NCBI GenBank assembly: GCA_024626585.2
Contig: JANKJI020000002.1
Coordinates: 225,443,881-225,467,386 of the forward strand
DNA: 23,506 nucleotides
Source: Ginkgo biloba
Lineage: Eukaryota; Plantae; Ginkgophyta
Direction: 5' to 3'
Shown: in pieces, positions 22,400-23,506 of the stretch
Layout: the number at the start of each line of letters is the position of its first letter
Position numbering within the stretch: the first letter of the stretch is position 1
Notes under the pieces: model-generated
Told to the model about the DNA's origin: nothing
Database searches by the model: none
Seen by the model: the letters and a program-made list of their open reading frames with translations, nothing else
Made by a program: the position numbers and the translations under genes

Positions 22400-23400
22400 A
22401 ATACATAAGGGACAAACCATCATGTATTGAGCTTCATTTTTATATTTTTAAACTATCTACCATAGAGGAGAGCCATTTCTCCTTCCTAAGATTGAATAAC
22501 TCTTAGTATTTGATCATGTTCTTCCTTCATCCACTTATGTACTATTTCTTGATGGCATAGAACTATTATACATATTTCCTCTAGCTTATTCAATTGGACC
22601 AATGTATCCTTTAAGGACTATTTATCATCCCAATTTTCTTTGATTATAATTTAGAGGATAGGAATTTGAAGTTTTATTGGTAGGATTTCTTCTTGGACAT
22701 AGAATAGTTAGAATATCTTATAACCTATGGTTATCTTATAAGTGGTTTAAGATGCCCATAATAATGCATGTAGTTTATCTTCCCAATATCATCGTCCATT
22801 TGTGTATATTGTTAACAATAGATTGCATATAATTTTTTTTAGGATTCAACTAATACATTACATCTTAGATAGTAGGGNNNNNNNNNNNNNNNNNNNNNNN
22901 AACTTAAAATTTATATTTTTTATAACATTATTGATAAAATGTGTCCCTCTATCACTTACCAATTTGACCAAACAATCAAACCATACCCATATGCATTCAT
23001 ACAGGAATAAGGCCATTTTTGTGGTTGTATTATCTTTGGTGACTCTATATTCCACCCATTTTATGACATGGTATATTATGAATATCATATATTGTTCTTG
23101 GGTTCTCTACACAGCTGGTTTAATGGGGCCAATGATTTTTATTCCCCATTTTTTAAAAGTGAAATACACTTTAACAATATTTAGTGGCATGAAGTCCCAA
23201 ATTGTTGGTTTTCTAAGTCATTAACATAGAATATACCACTTTCATATGACCACTATAGATCAATCATTAGAACATTCCTGGCTATTTTTTCACCATATTT
23301 GTGGCAACCTACGACTTCTTAATGAGCCTCATATAGAATATATGGTGTGTCATTGGGTACAACACATCTATAAAGTACTTCCTCAAGCTTACATAAGTTC
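22400..23400 (-). mobile_element. Ty3/gypsy (non-chromovirus) integrase core relic
   Basis: Minus strand KKWGIKIIGPIKPA (~EKWGIDFVGPIKP), ORF 23088-22858 IIYHVIKWVEYRVTKDNTTTKMALFLYECIWVWFDCLVKLVSDRGTHFINNVI (~DYxTKWVEA...FLYENIxxRFGCPxxLVSDRGTHFxN), then WEDKLHALLWAS*TTYKITIGY (~WxxKLxxxLWAYRTxYK). Confidence 0.9.
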
Positions 23401-23506
23401 CTACCAATAAGAATATATGTGATTGTTCATAATATACTTTAGTTCTTAGTTATCTACATAGAATTTAAACTTGTGTTTGATTAAATAATATTAAAAAATT
23501 TATACT

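Overview
AT-rich eukaryotic nuclear DNA from a fragmented draft scaffold with 12 N-gaps, most exactly 100 N (unsized). It looks like a large-genome land plant (gymnosperm-like; inference from the TE types and their decay). Most of the window is heavily decayed retroelement debris: several Ty3/gypsy pieces (gag, protease, RT/RNase H, integrase), a Ty1/copia pol relic, two probable L1-type LINE relics and LTR/PPT remnants. Two unrelated host genes have intact + strand exons here. One is the first exon of a plant 2-oxoglutarate/Fe(II) dioxygenase (DIOX_N, 4755-5021), preceded by a CpG-retaining promoter. The other is two consecutive internal exons of a RIO1 atypical protein kinase (9400-9483, 9687-9779), missed by the ORF track, which encode the catalytic and metal-binding loops. 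Neither gene is complete in the window. I found no prokaryotic-type system (CRISPR, operon etc.) and no clearly novel system. The best leads are the 2ODD/RIO1 juxtaposition, a Leu-to-Phe variant in the RIO1 catalytic loop, a self-inverted tandem repeat in the dioxygenase promoter and an 84-bp tandem array. All translations and alignments were done by eye, so TE boundaries are approximate.
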